Source of the DNA: Aulosira sp. ZfuVER01
GTDB taxonomy: Bacteria; Cyanobacteriota; Cyanobacteriia; Cyanobacteriales; Nostocaceae
NCBI GenBank assembly: GCA_034530615.2
Contig: JAVRCV020000079.1
Coordinates: forward strand, 64,001 to 128,000
Direction: 5' to 3'
DNA length: 64,000 nt
The position numbers were made by a program, and so were the translations under genes. The notes beneath the pieces are model-generated. The model was given only the letters and a program-made list of their open reading frames with translations, was not told the DNA's origin and did no database searches. Positions 21,120 through 30,507 of this stretch are shown piece after piece. Positions within the stretch are counted from its first letter, which is position 1; the number at the start of each line of letters is the position of its first letter.

Positions 21120-21205
21120 CTCGGTCATTCGAGTTCAGAACTCGGAGTTTCGACCTTTTTGCTCGGATGTTGCTGTTCTGAAGTTGGATGATGGTGTTCG
21201 GAAGG
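21120..21205. repeat. Degenerate 21-bp tandem repeat
   Basis: CTCGG at 21120, 21141, 21162 and GTTGG at 21183. Confidence 0.6.
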
Positions 21206-21296
21206 CGATCGCTCCTACTCCCCTCCCACAATTGCAAATCCCTCAAAGCATGGGCTAGAGAGGGATTTTGGTTATTAGGTATTGGGTTTTTGACTA

Positions 21297-21527
21297 CTAG
21301 ATCAAATTACTTGCTTTCTTAACTACTTCCTTTAACTGTTCAAAGGTGATACTACCGTCTTTATCTCCATGCATAGCTAGCAATTCCTGGGGGCTACTGA
21401 TACCTGTTTCAGCCGAGATGATTGCACTTAAACCAGGGCTTAAAAAAAGCTCATTAATGGAGATTTTGCCATCTTGATCGGTATCTAAGGTATTAAAAAG
21501 AGATTGAAGCTCTTGTTCGGTTGCCAT
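21297..21527 (-). CDS. cse: Small two-EF-hand calcium sensor (CSE-like)
   Basis: EF loops DTDQDGKISINE and GDKDGSITFEQ; MATEQELQSLFNTLD N-terminus resembles Anabaena CSE. Confidence 0.8.
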   Translation of the reverse strand: MATEQELQSLFNTLDTDQDGKISINELFLSPGLSAIISAETGISSPQELLAMHGDKDGSITFEQLKEVVKKASNLI

Positions 21528-21747
21528 AAGTTTCTATCTGAATTAATTTTTCAATTTAATATGTCAAAATTAAACAAACTTATATCAAAAGACGTAAAAA
21601 TGGGTATCGCTGGGGCTTAGATTGGCAGTACCGCCGTAACTAGCAGTGAAGACCTCATTGCTGCCAAAATTTAACCCCATCGCCTCACAAATGGGGTTAT
21701 GGGTGTAGAAGGATGAAAGTTGAGGGGAAGGGCAGAGGGGCGATCGC

Positions 21748-21853
21748 GCAAACGCTTCACTACCAACTGCCAAGGTAGTATCATCTATCAAATCTTGCAA
21801 TTGGTTGAGCGATCGCAATCAGGGATACAAGGCCTCGAATATTTCTACTATCA
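21748..21853 (-). pseudogene. Internal fragment of a conserved hypothetical gene
   Basis: IVEIFEALYP*LRSLNQLQDLIDDTTLAVGSEAF with an internal stop; bounded by HIP1/HIP1-like sites. Confidence 0.5.
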
Positions 21854-21934
21854 AACGATCGCCTGATTGAATGCGATATCTACGACAAATTGATCCAGCA
21901 TCTACGTAAAATTAACTTTCCTTACCAAAATCAT

Positions 21935-22165
21935 CTCATCCATAGAGAACCTCAACCCATTCACAACCAACGAGATCGGGTTGTCTATCAACGAGTACTC
22001 ATCCATAGAGAACGCGATCGCATTCACAACCAACGAGATCGGGTTGTCTATCAACGAGTACTCATCCATAGAGAACGCGATCGCATTCACAACCAACGAG
22101 ATCGAGTTGTCTATCAACGAGTACTCATTCACACACAACCAGATCTCATTCGTAACCAACGAGTT
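21935..22165. repeat. 63-bp tandem repeat (about 3.5 copies) built from three 21-bp subunits
   Basis: CTCATCCATAGAGAAC at 21935, 21998, 22061; degenerate copy at 22124; no unique spacers. Confidence 0.9.
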
Positions 22166-22296
22166 GATTTTCTGTGCAGAGAGGTTACACCAGGCGATGC
22201 AAAGTTGCGCTAATTCAAGCAGGGAAACCTCAAAGGTAGCATTGCCTACTATACCCTGGTTGTGGTGGGCATTGCCCACCCTACTTAAGTTGACTT

Positions 22297-23796
22297 TCAA
22301 TGTACGAGTGAGAATCGGGCTAGTGTTTCTTTTGCGCCAAACTCATACAATCGGCGTAAATGGTTGCTAACTGCATCAACAAAAGGCGGTGACTGCGATA
22401 AATCGCCAAAAATCTCAGTCAGGTTGAGCAATGGTTTGGCATCAGAACTACTGGTACGAGCAAGTTGCGTGAGAGTTCCAGCTATTGGATCGTCAATGGG
22501 AATGGGGTTCCCTTTGTCATCGTTGGCGTTGAGGTAACGGAACCAAGCTGCAACTGTTAAGCTCATGTATTCAATTGCTCCTTTTTGCCGCAGTGCGTCA
22601 CGGACTGAGCCTAAAACAAATTTTGGCATTTTGGCGGAGCTATTGAGGCAAAGCCGCGGGAGTTGATCGCGGATCTTGGGATTGGCAAAGCGTTCTATTA
22701 AGGTCTGTTTGTAATTATCTAAGTCAATTCCTGGTACGGGTTGGAGTGTTGGCGTAACTTCTGCCATCAAATTCTCGACGGCTTGTCTAATCATGGGATC
22801 GCCCATGACTTCATGGACGTAAGTGTAACCTGCTAACGTTCCCAGATAGCCAATTAACAGGTGACTGGCGTTGAGTAGCCGGATTTTCATCATTTCATAG
22901 GGATGAACATCGTTGGTCATCTGCACGCCAACGTCTTCCCAATCTGGTCTACCCGCACAGAATTCGTCTTCGACTACCCACTGAAGAAATGGTTCGGCCA
23001 CAACAGGAAAGGCATCATCGATTTTAAACTGTTCTGCCACCATTTTGATATCGTCTGGAGTTGTGGCGGGAGTAATGCGATCGACCATGCAGTTGGGGAA
23101 GGTAACATGGTCAGCAATCCAACGTCTCAATTCTGGATCGCGCATCTCTGCATAAGCAGTTAACATTTCGTGGGCAATGTTGCCATTGCCTTGCAAGTTG
23201 TCGCAGGATAATACGGTAAACGGTGCTAGTCCTTGTTGACGGCGGCGATCGAGGGCTGCTGTCAAAAAGCCATATACGCCAATTGGCTGGTCGGGATTTT
23301 GTAAATCGTACTGAATTGTGGGGTGATTGGCATCGAATTCACCGCTACCTTCAATATAGTAGTAGCCACCTTCGGTAATGGTGAGGGTGACGATGCGACA
23401 TTTAGGATCTGCTAAAGCGTCAATCACTGCTTGGCGGTTATCTGGAGCAAAGAGATATTTTGTAATTGCACCAATGACACGCGCGCGATCGCCTTTTGGG
23501 GATCTCTCAACTAAAGTATACAAACAATCTTGAGAATTCAGTGCATCCCGCATTCGTTTGTCGAATTCCAGTAGCCCTACCCCGGTGATTCCCCAATCGC
23601 TGCCGGGATGCTGATGAAAGTAGTTGTCGAGATATAATGCCTGGTGTGCCCGATGAAACCCACCCACACCGATATGGACAATGCCGTTAGTAATTTGGTG
23701 GCGATTGTACTGAGGTACGCGAACGTTACTGGCTAAACGAGACAAAGATGTCTCATTCAGCTTGATTACTGATTCTGCGCTGATATTGCTGTTCAT
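22297..23796 (-). CDS. mtlK: Mannitol dehydrogenase family protein (mannitol 2-/D-arabitol 4-dehydrogenase)
   Basis: HIGVGGFHRAHQA, TITEGGY, LSCDN, MVDRITP, KIRLLNASH, RFANP. Confidence 0.9.
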   Translation of the reverse strand: MNSNISAESVIKLNETSLSRLASNVRVPQYNRHQITNGIVHIGVGGFHRAHQALYLDNYFHQHPGSDWGITGVGLLEFDKRMRDALNSQDCLYTLVERSPKGDRARVIGAITKYLFAPDNRQAVIDALADPKCRIVTLTITEGGYYYIEGSGEFDANHPTIQYDLQNPDQPIGVYGFLTAALDRRRQQGLAPFTVLSCDNLQGNGNIAHEMLTAYAEMRDPELRRWIADHVTFPNCMVDRITPATTPDDIKMVAEQFKIDDAFPVVAEPFLQWVVEDEFCAGRPDWEDVGVQMTNDVHPYEMMKIRLLNASHLLIGYLGTLAGYTYVHEVMGDPMIRQAVENLMAEVTPTLQPVPGIDLDNYKQTLIERFANPKIRDQLPRLCLNSSAKMPKFVLGSVRDALRQKGAIEYMSLTVAAWFRYLNANDDKGNPIPIDDPIAGTLTQLARTSSSDAKPLLNLTEIFGDLSQSPPFVDAVSNHLRRLYEFGAKETLARFSLVH

Positions 23797-24910
23797 GGGA
23801 TTTATTCAGGGTTAGGTGATGACGATGAGCTTTGGGAATAGCTTCACCAGTTTGATCGAACAAATGGCAAAGCTCGCCGTTAATGGAAATAGGGACAAAA
23901 TCGTGCAATTGGACGGGATCATCTCCGTGTGTTTGCACAATCATGGTTTCACCACCGACAATTCTGATGTAGAGATAGGTTTCACCACCCAGTCGTTCTA
24001 CAACTAACACTTCGCCATTGATGCTGGGGTTATTAGCATCCAGCCGCAGATGTTCGGGACGAATTCCTAATGTTGCGCGATCGCCAACCGACAGGGCTTT
24101 GGGCTGCACGGGAATCATCACAGTTGCGTCACCTGGTAGCCTAACTGTTGTCCCAGAGTCATTGACGGCTGACACCGTAACGGGGATAAAGTTCATTTTG
24201 GGCGAACCAATAAATCCGGCGACGAAGAGATTGCGAGGATGGTGGTAAAGTTCTAGGGGAGAACCCATTTGTTCAATGATACCGCCCTGCAACACCACAA
24301 TTTTATCGGCAAGGGTCATTGCTTCAACTTGGTCATGGGTGACGTAAATCATCGTGGCTTGCAGGCTGTCGTGTAAACTAGCAAGTTCAATCCGCATCTG
24401 CACCCGCAAAGAAGCATCCAGGTTAGACAGCGGCTCATCAAACAAAAATACTTTGGGATTCCGCACCAAAGCGCGACCAATCGCCACCCGTTGGCGTTGT
24501 CCTCCCGATAGGTCTTTGGGCTTGCGGTTCAAGAGTGGCTCTAATTGCAGGATGCGAGCAACTTCCCGCGCCCTTTCCAAGCGTTGAGCTTTCTGCATCC
24601 CCGCAAGCCGGAGGCTAAAAGCCATATTTTCCGCTACAGTCATGTGAGGATATAAGGCGTAGGTTTGAAACACCATTGCCAATCCGCGTTTGTCGGGGGG
24701 TACATCGTTGACTTTCTGCCCATCAATGAGCAAATCGCCAGCGGAAATTTCTTCGAGTCCAGCTATCATGCGGAGTAGGGTGGATTTACCGCAACCGGAG
24801 GGGCCGACGAAGACAACAAACTCGCGATCGTTAATATCGAGATCTATGCCTTTGATGATCTCTGTGTCGGCGTAGGTTTTATGGATATCTCTTAAAGCAA
24901 CTGTTGACAT
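23753..24910 (-). CDS. smoK: Polyol ABC transporter ATP-binding protein (MalK/SmoK type)
   Basis: GPSGCGKST, LSGGQRQ, FLFDEP, TOBE-like C-terminus. Confidence 0.9.
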   Translation of the reverse strand: MSTVALRDIHKTYADTEIIKGIDLDINDREFVVFVGPSGCGKSTLLRMIAGLEEISAGDLLIDGQKVNDVPPDKRGLAMVFQTYALYPHMTVAENMAFSLRLAGMQKAQRLERAREVARILQLEPLLNRKPKDLSGGQRQRVAIGRALVRNPKVFLFDEPLSNLDASLRVQMRIELASLHDSLQATMIYVTHDQVEAMTLADKIVVLQGGIIEQMGSPLELYHHPRNLFVAGFIGSPKMNFIPVTVSAVNDSGTTVRLPGDATVMIPVQPKALSVGDRATLGIRPEHLRLDANNPSINGEVLVVERLGGETYLYIRIVGGETMIVQTHGDDPVQLHDFVPISINGELCHLFDQTGEAIPKAHRHHLTLNKSHEQQYQRRISNQAE

Positions 24911-25086
24911 AAAATGTTTCTCTTAAGGGGTTGAAGAAAATGAATTTTCACGCAGAGTCGCAGAGTCGCAGAGAGGAGTGCAAGAGTTTTTTCTCATTCC
25001 TTCTGCCCTTCGGGTTCGCCACTTGCTTTATGCCGGGGAACCCGTCCACCGCAGTGGCTCACCATCTGCCTCCTGCCTCCTGCCTT

Positions 25087-25908
25087 CTACTTCACTGCAC
25101 CAAAGGTTAAACCTCTGACTAGTTGTCGTTGACTTAGCCATCCGAAGATGAGGATGGGTGCGATCGCAAGTGTTGATGCTGCTGAAAGTTTTGCCCAAAA
25201 TAATCCTTGGGGGCTGGAAAATGAAGCAATAAAGGCTGTAAGCGGGGCGGCATCTGCTGTTGTTAAGTTGAGGCTCCAAAATGCTTCGTTCCAGGACAAG
25301 ATAATTGAGAGTAAAGCGGTGGAGGCAATTCCAGGTAATGCGAGTGGGAGCAAGACGTGAAGGAGTTCTTGCTGTGTGGTTGCGCCATCCATGCGATCGG
25401 CTTCAAGAATATCTTTTGGCACTTCTTTGAAGAAGCTGTAGATCATCCAGACGACAATCGGCAAGTTAATTAAGGTATAAATAATAATCAAACCGATGCG
25501 GGTATCTAATAACCCGGCGTTGCGGCACAAAATGTAAATGGGAACGAGTACGCCAACGGGTGGCAGCATTTTGGTAGAAAGCATCCACAGCAGAGTTCCC
25601 TTGGTGCGTTTGGTGGGGAAGAACGCCATTGCATAAGCAGCAGGTACAGCAAGCAGTAATGCAAGTATGGTGGCTCCAAGGGAAACTGCTACGCTATTAA
25701 ACGCATAATTGAAATAATTTGCCCGGTCTTGGATGGTGACATAGTTTTCTAATGTCGGGTGGAAAAATAACTGTGGGGGTGTGGAAACTGCCGCGACTTC
25801 GGTTTTAAAACTGGTGATAAACATCCAGAAGATGGGGAAAAATAACAAGACAGCGGTGAGCCAACCCAGTAAAGTCCATAGCCAAAGCTTCGAGTTTTTA
25901 CGTGCCAT
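25087..25908 (-). CDS. smoG: Polyol ABC transporter permease (SmoG/MtlG type)
   Basis: EAD.MDGA loop, WMLSTKMLPPVG, LVRGLTFGAVK; likely start ATG 25908. Confidence 0.88.
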   Translation of the reverse strand: MARKNSKLWLWTLLGWLTAVLLFFPIFWMFITSFKTEVAAVSTPPQLFFHPTLENYVTIQDRANYFNYAFNSVAVSLGATILALLLAVPAAYAMAFFPTKRTKGTLLWMLSTKMLPPVGVLVPIYILCRNAGLLDTRIGLIIIYTLINLPIVVWMIYSFFKEVPKDILEADRMDGATTQQELLHVLLPLALPGIASTALLSIILSWNEAFWSLNLTTADAAPLTAFIASFSSPQGLFWAKLSAASTLAIAPILIFGWLSQRQLVRGLTFGAVK

Positions 25909-25909
25909 G

Positions 25910-26833
25910 TTAGGTATCCAAATTACGAGCAACACTACGCATCAAGAAGATTGCCACGACGTTGGCAAGGATGACGGCAATTAATCCACCGGCTGAGGCA
26001 CCACCAACATCAAATTCCAGCAAGGCTTTGAGGAAGATGTAATAGGCGAGGTTAGTAGTTGCAAGTCCTGGCCCGCCGCCTGTGGTGACGAAGATTTCTG
26101 CAAAGATGGTGAGGAAGAAAATCGTCTCAATCATGGCGACCACGGAAATGGCGCGGCTCAGATGCGGTAGCATGACGAAACGAAATAGAGCGATCGCATT
26201 TGCCCCATCCATTCGCGCTGCTTCTAATTGATCGCGATCGAGTGACTGAATGGCTGTTAATAAAATCAGCAATGCAAAAGGCAGCCATTCCCAGGAAACA
26301 ATGATGATAATCGCCAGCAACGGAACGCTAGCAAACCAATCAATTGCCCCCAAACCCAAACCCCTGGTAATTTGCGCGAACAGCCCATTCACCGGATGCA
26401 TCAGCATATTTTTCCAGATGAGGGCGCTAACTGTAGGCATCACAAAAAACGGCGAGATTGCCAGCACCCGCGCCACTCCGCGCCCATAAAAATCTTGGTC
26501 AAATAGTACTGCTAGTAATGTACCCAGCCCAATTGTGATTACCAGAACCGAAACAACCAAAATAATTGTGATTGCGATCGAAGTCCATAAAGCTGAGTCA
26601 GTCAGGATGAAAGTAAAATTTTCAATCCCGATAAATTTGCGTGCCTGTGGATTCAGCAAGTTATACCGCTGAAAAGAAAACCATAGCGTCATTACCAGAG
26701 GCACAATCATCCACAGCAACAGGACAACGACCGAAGGTGCAACCAGAGGTAAGGTTGAAGCTTGCCGCTTAGTTCGTTGCCTCGCGGGTGGTGGCGTTTC
26801 CTGTTGAGGTTTTACCGCTAATGAAGAAGACAT
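25910..26833 (-). CDS. smoF: Polyol ABC transporter permease (SmoF/MtlF type)
   Basis: EAARMDGA, PFFVMPTVSALIWKN, TTGGGPG. Confidence 0.88.
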   Translation of the reverse strand: MSSSLAVKPQQETPPPARQRTKRQASTLPLVAPSVVVLLLWMIVPLVMTLWFSFQRYNLLNPQARKFIGIENFTFILTDSALWTSIAITIILVVSVLVITIGLGTLLAVLFDQDFYGRGVARVLAISPFFVMPTVSALIWKNMLMHPVNGLFAQITRGLGLGAIDWFASVPLLAIIIIVSWEWLPFALLILLTAIQSLDRDQLEAARMDGANAIALFRFVMLPHLSRAISVVAMIETIFFLTIFAEIFVTTGGGPGLATTNLAYYIFLKALLEFDVGGASAGGLIAVILANVVAIFLMRSVARNLDT

Positions 26834-26963
26834 AATATCAATTCAAAATTCAAAATTCAAAATGACAGCACTTGCAAAAAATCTCTCTAAAACTCTCTTC
26901 TCTTCGTGTCCTTTGCGTCCTTTGCGGTTCGTTGTAATTCTCTTCCCATGCCCAATGCCCATT

Positions 26964-28310
26964 TCACTCGATATAACCCGTATGTTTCATAAAGCGTTCA
27001 GTCGATCTCTGCGATCGCACCAACGCCTGATCTACTGAAGTACGATTAGTTAATGCTGCTGCTAAAGTCTGGCCTACTGAAGTTCCAATCGCCTGAAATT
27101 CTGGAATATCTACATATTGAACTCCCTTATACGGAGTTGGTTCTGCGGATGGACGGGTAACATCGGCAGATTGAATTGCCCTCAACACGATTGGAGCAAA
27201 AGGAGCAGCTTTTTGATAGTTAGGATTTTGATATGTGGAAGTCCGAGTTCCTGGTGGAACAGCAACCCAGCTATTTTCCTTCGCAACTAGTTGGATATAT
27301 TCTTTTGATGTTGCCCAAGCTACAAACTTTTGCGCTGCTTCCGGTGATTTTGATGTTTTTGGAACTGCTAACGCCCAAGCCCAAAGCCAATTTGAGCCGT
27401 TAGGATATTTTTCAATTGGCGCACGGGCAAAGCCAACTTTGTCATAAACTCGGGATTCTTTCGGATTAGATAATAACCCCGCAGCAACGGTTGCATCTAC
27501 CCACATCCCGCATTTACCTGTGGAGAATAAGGCTAGATTCTCATTAAATCCATTGGAACTGGCTCCTGGCGGCCCATATTTTTGCAGCAAATCAACATAA
27601 AAGGCGATCGCTTCTTTCCAAGCTGGAGTATTAATTGTTGGTTGCCACTTCATGTCAAACCACCGTCCGCCATAAGTGTTAACCAGTGTGGAAACAAATG
27701 CCATGTTTTCACCCCAACCAGGTTTTCCCCGCAAGCAAACTCCGTAAACCCCTTTTGCTGGATTATGAATTTTGCTTGCCCATTCTCTCATTTGGGGATA
27801 AGTTGGCTGTTCGGGAACTGTAATTCCGGCTTTGTCAAACAAGTCTTTGCGGTAGTACAGCATAGAACTTTCTCCATAAAATGGTACGGCATACAGTTTG
27901 CCGTTATGAGAAAGCCCTTCCCGTATAGGTTTGAGCAAATCGTTTACATCGTAGTCTGCGCCAAGATCCAACGGTCTCAACCAATCCCGCCTAGCCCAAA
28001 TTGGTGTTTCATAGGAACCAATCGTCAGCACATCGAATTGCCCACCTTGACTGGCAACATCTGTGGTTGTGCGTTGGCGCAAGACATTTTCTTCAAGCAC
28101 CACCCACCGGAGTTGAATATCACGGTTGGCTTCCTCGAACTTGCGGGAAAGCCCCTGCATAACTACCATGTCGCCGTTATTCACAGTAGCGATCGTCAGC
28201 GTAGTTTTCTCTGCGGCTTGAGAGCGAGGTGCACAAGCGTGTAGCAGTTGCGTCAGCATCACTCCTGCGAGAAATGCCGCCAGTACTTTAGCGAAGCGGG
28301 GAATACGCAT
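26964..28310 (-). CDS. smoE: Polyol ABC transporter substrate-binding lipoprotein (SmoE/MtlE type)
   Basis: Lipobox LHAC; TIATVNNGDM, LEENVLRQR, PFYGESS, LRGKPGWGEN, WLWAWAL. Confidence 0.9.
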   Translation of the reverse strand: MRIPRFAKVLAAFLAGVMLTQLLHACAPRSQAAEKTTLTIATVNNGDMVVMQGLSRKFEEANRDIQLRWVVLEENVLRQRTTTDVASQGGQFDVLTIGSYETPIWARRDWLRPLDLGADYDVNDLLKPIREGLSHNGKLYAVPFYGESSMLYYRKDLFDKAGITVPEQPTYPQMREWASKIHNPAKGVYGVCLRGKPGWGENMAFVSTLVNTYGGRWFDMKWQPTINTPAWKEAIAFYVDLLQKYGPPGASSNGFNENLALFSTGKCGMWVDATVAAGLLSNPKESRVYDKVGFARAPIEKYPNGSNWLWAWALAVPKTSKSPEAAQKFVAWATSKEYIQLVAKENSWVAVPPGTRTSTYQNPNYQKAAPFAPIVLRAIQSADVTRPSAEPTPYKGVQYVDIPEFQAIGTSVGQTLAAALTNRTSVDQALVRSQRSTERFMKHTGYIE

Positions 28311-28352
28311 CGCATTACTCCTTTGATGTGAAATATCGAACGGAGAAAAGTT

Positions 28353-28387
28353 TTGATTTTATGCTCTAACTTTGAGTAAAAGCTCAA
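28353..28387. promoter_or_regulatory. Tandem 16-bp operator-like palindromes (TTGATTTTATGCTCTA / TTGAGTAAAAGCTCAA)
   Basis: Between the divergent SBP and SDR genes; the same tandem layout (starts 19 bp apart) recurs at 29302-29336. Confidence 0.7.
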
Positions 28388-28484
28388 TAATAGAATCATA
28401 CCAACCACACTTCACTGACGGGCATTTGCAACAATTCTTCAATTAATCAATCTCCAATCCAAAATTTTTGAAGAGGTGGAAATT

Positions 28485-29288
28485 ATGACTGCAACAGCAA
28501 CCTATGAATTTGCAGGTAAAACTATCCTAATTACAGGCGGTGCGGGCGATATTGGCAAGGGAACTGCACACCGTTTTGCCGCCAATGGTGCAGGTGTAGC
28601 CTTGCTAGATTTAAATGAACCGAAAATGGCAGAAGTGGCTGAGGAATTGAAAAGTTACAATGTTCCTGTCGGCACATTTGTCTGTGATGTTACAGATGCT
28701 GATGATGTTGCCAAAGCTTTTACTAGTGCAGTGAAACAGCTGGAGCGGATTGACTATATATTTAATAACGCTGGTTATCAAGGTGCGTTTGCCAAAACAG
28801 ACCAATATCCTAAAGATGACTTTGAAAAGGTGATTAATATTAACGTTGTCGGCGTTTTCCACGTTCTTAAAGCGGCTGCACAATATTTGATTGATGCGGG
28901 TGGAGGTGCGATCGTGAATATGGCAAGTTATGCAGGGGTAGTGGGGCCGCCAAATATGTTGGCTTATGGTGCTTCCAAGTTTGCGGTGATTGGCATGACT
29001 CAGACAGCAGCGAAAGATTTAGCACCTTACAATATCCGGGTAAATGCGCTTTCGCCTGCGCTGATTGGCCCTGGTTTTATGTGGACTCGGCAAACAGAAT
29101 TGCAAGCCGCAGTAGGTTCTCAGTACTTTGATTCTAACCCCAAGGTAGTGGAGCGACAGATGATTAATTCAGTGCCGATGCGGCGTTTAGGAACTTTAGA
29201 AGAAGTGGCGAATGGGGTAGCATTTCTGATGAGTGATGAGGCAAGCTACATAACTGGGTTTAACTTGGAGGTGACTGGTGGTGAATAG
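28485..29288 (+). CDS. Short-chain dehydrogenase/reductase (probable polyol dehydrogenase)
   Basis: TGGAGDIG, NNAG, YGASK; GAGG RBS favours ATG 28485. Confidence 0.9.
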   Translation: MTATATYEFAGKTILITGGAGDIGKGTAHRFAANGAGVALLDLNEPKMAEVAEELKSYNVPVGTFVCDVTDADDVAKAFTSAVKQLERIDYIFNNAGYQGAFAKTDQYPKDDFEKVININVVGVFHVLKAAAQYLIDAGGGAIVNMASYAGVVGPPNMLAYGASKFAVIGMTQTAAKDLAPYNIRVNALSPALIGPGFMWTRQTELQAAVGSQYFDSNPKVVERQMINSVPMRRLGTLEEVANGVAFLMSDEASYITGFNLEVTGGE

Positions 29289-29301
29289 AGATTTCTAGTT
29301 A

Positions 29302-29336
29302 TTGAGCAAAAGTTATAACTTTGGGCATATACTCAA
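29302..29336. promoter_or_regulatory. Tandem operator-like palindromes (TTGAGCAAAAGTTATA / TTGGGCATATACTCAA) upstream of the regulator
   Basis: Matches the 28353-28387 motif; consistent with autoregulation. Confidence 0.7.
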
Positions 29337-29385
29337 AATGATGCGATCGCTCTTTTGATAGGGACATAGTTTTTAAAGGTGGGAT

Positions 29386-30357
29386 ATGGGAGAAGCTTTC
29401 TTGGATCGAAGAGATCGCAAGTTGGATTTAGCTGCTCATGCTGCTTGGCTGTATTACATCGCCGGTAATACACAAGAGGAGATTGCAGCCAAGCTTAATG
29501 TATCCCGGCAAGCGGCACAACGTTTAGTTGCACTGGCGGTTAGTGAAAAATTAATCAAATTTCGGCTCGATCATCCCCTAAGTGAATGTATTGCGCTGGC
29601 TGAGTCGTTACGCGACAAGTTTGAGCTATCGCTTTGTGAAGTGGTGCCAACTGACGCAGGCAGCGGTGATACACTCAATGGTATTGGTGTATGTGCTGCC
29701 ACCCACCTAGAAGCTTACTTGATGGCGAAAACTCCCACCATACTCGCTTTATCCTCCGGTCGCACATTACGAGCAATGGTGGAGCAAATCCCCTCAATGA
29801 ACCAACCCCAGCATAAAATTGTTTCCATAATTGGGAATATGTCCCACTATGGGCGTGCTGGTCGCCACGAAGTTGTCATGCATTTATCCGATCGCGTCGG
29901 TTCTCAAGCTTACCCAGTACCGACTCCGGTTGTGGCGACTAGCATTGAAGAACGAGAACTTTTGCAGACACAGCGATCGTTTATCGTTGTCAAGACTCTT
30001 GCAGAGCAAGCCAAAGCAACGTTTGTGGGAATTAGCCATATTGCCTGGAATGCTCCATTACATCAAGATGGCTTTATCAATGACGATGAAGTAGCGGAAT
30101 TGATTGAACTAGGGGCAGTAGGAGAAATTGCGGGTTGGGCTTACGATGCTCAGGGAGTGTTACTTCAAAAAGGAACGAACAACCGAGTTGCTAGCGTACC
30201 CCTTGAACAACCTGTGCACCGACTAATGATTGGTGTAGCAGGTGGCGAGAAAAAGGCGGAGGCGATTCTGGCTGCGCTGCGTGGCAAGTTAATTAACGCA
30301 CTGATTACTGATGAAGCCGCTGCCCAAGGGATTCTTGCTAAAATCGCTTTAAGCTAG
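29386..30357 (+). CDS. SorC/DeoR-family sugar-binding transcriptional regulator
   Basis: AWLYY..G.TQEEIA..L.VSR HTH; GAVGEI; VAGGEKKAEAI..AL....LITDE. Confidence 0.92.
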   Translation: MGEAFLDRRDRKLDLAAHAAWLYYIAGNTQEEIAAKLNVSRQAAQRLVALAVSEKLIKFRLDHPLSECIALAESLRDKFELSLCEVVPTDAGSGDTLNGIGVCAATHLEAYLMAKTPTILALSSGRTLRAMVEQIPSMNQPQHKIVSIIGNMSHYGRAGRHEVVMHLSDRVGSQAYPVPTPVVATSIEERELLQTQRSFIVVKTLAEQAKATFVGISHIAWNAPLHQDGFINDDEVAELIELGAVGEIAGWAYDAQGVLLQKGTNNRVASVPLEQPVHRLMIGVAGGEKKAEAILAALRGKLINALITDEAAAQGILAKIALS

Positions 30358-30507
30358 AGAAAATTTTAAAATATCAATATAAATAAGTATTAAGCTGTGC
30401 TTTCTGCAAACATATAAAAGTTTACCAAGCTCTGCTTTTATTTCCGAGGAGAGGTTTATAAAATCAGTATGCAAACAAATACTGATTTTTAAGTTTGGCT
30501 TATAAAG

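Noticed and set aside
21935..22165. Possible CRISPR array
   Set aside because: Units are contiguous tandem copies with no unique spacers, and there are no cas genes in the window.
21890..22370. Three overlapping track ORFs (107, 132, 129 aa) as real genes
   Set aside because: They stay open because the repeat period is a multiple of 3; no convincing start or RBS and no recognisable domain.
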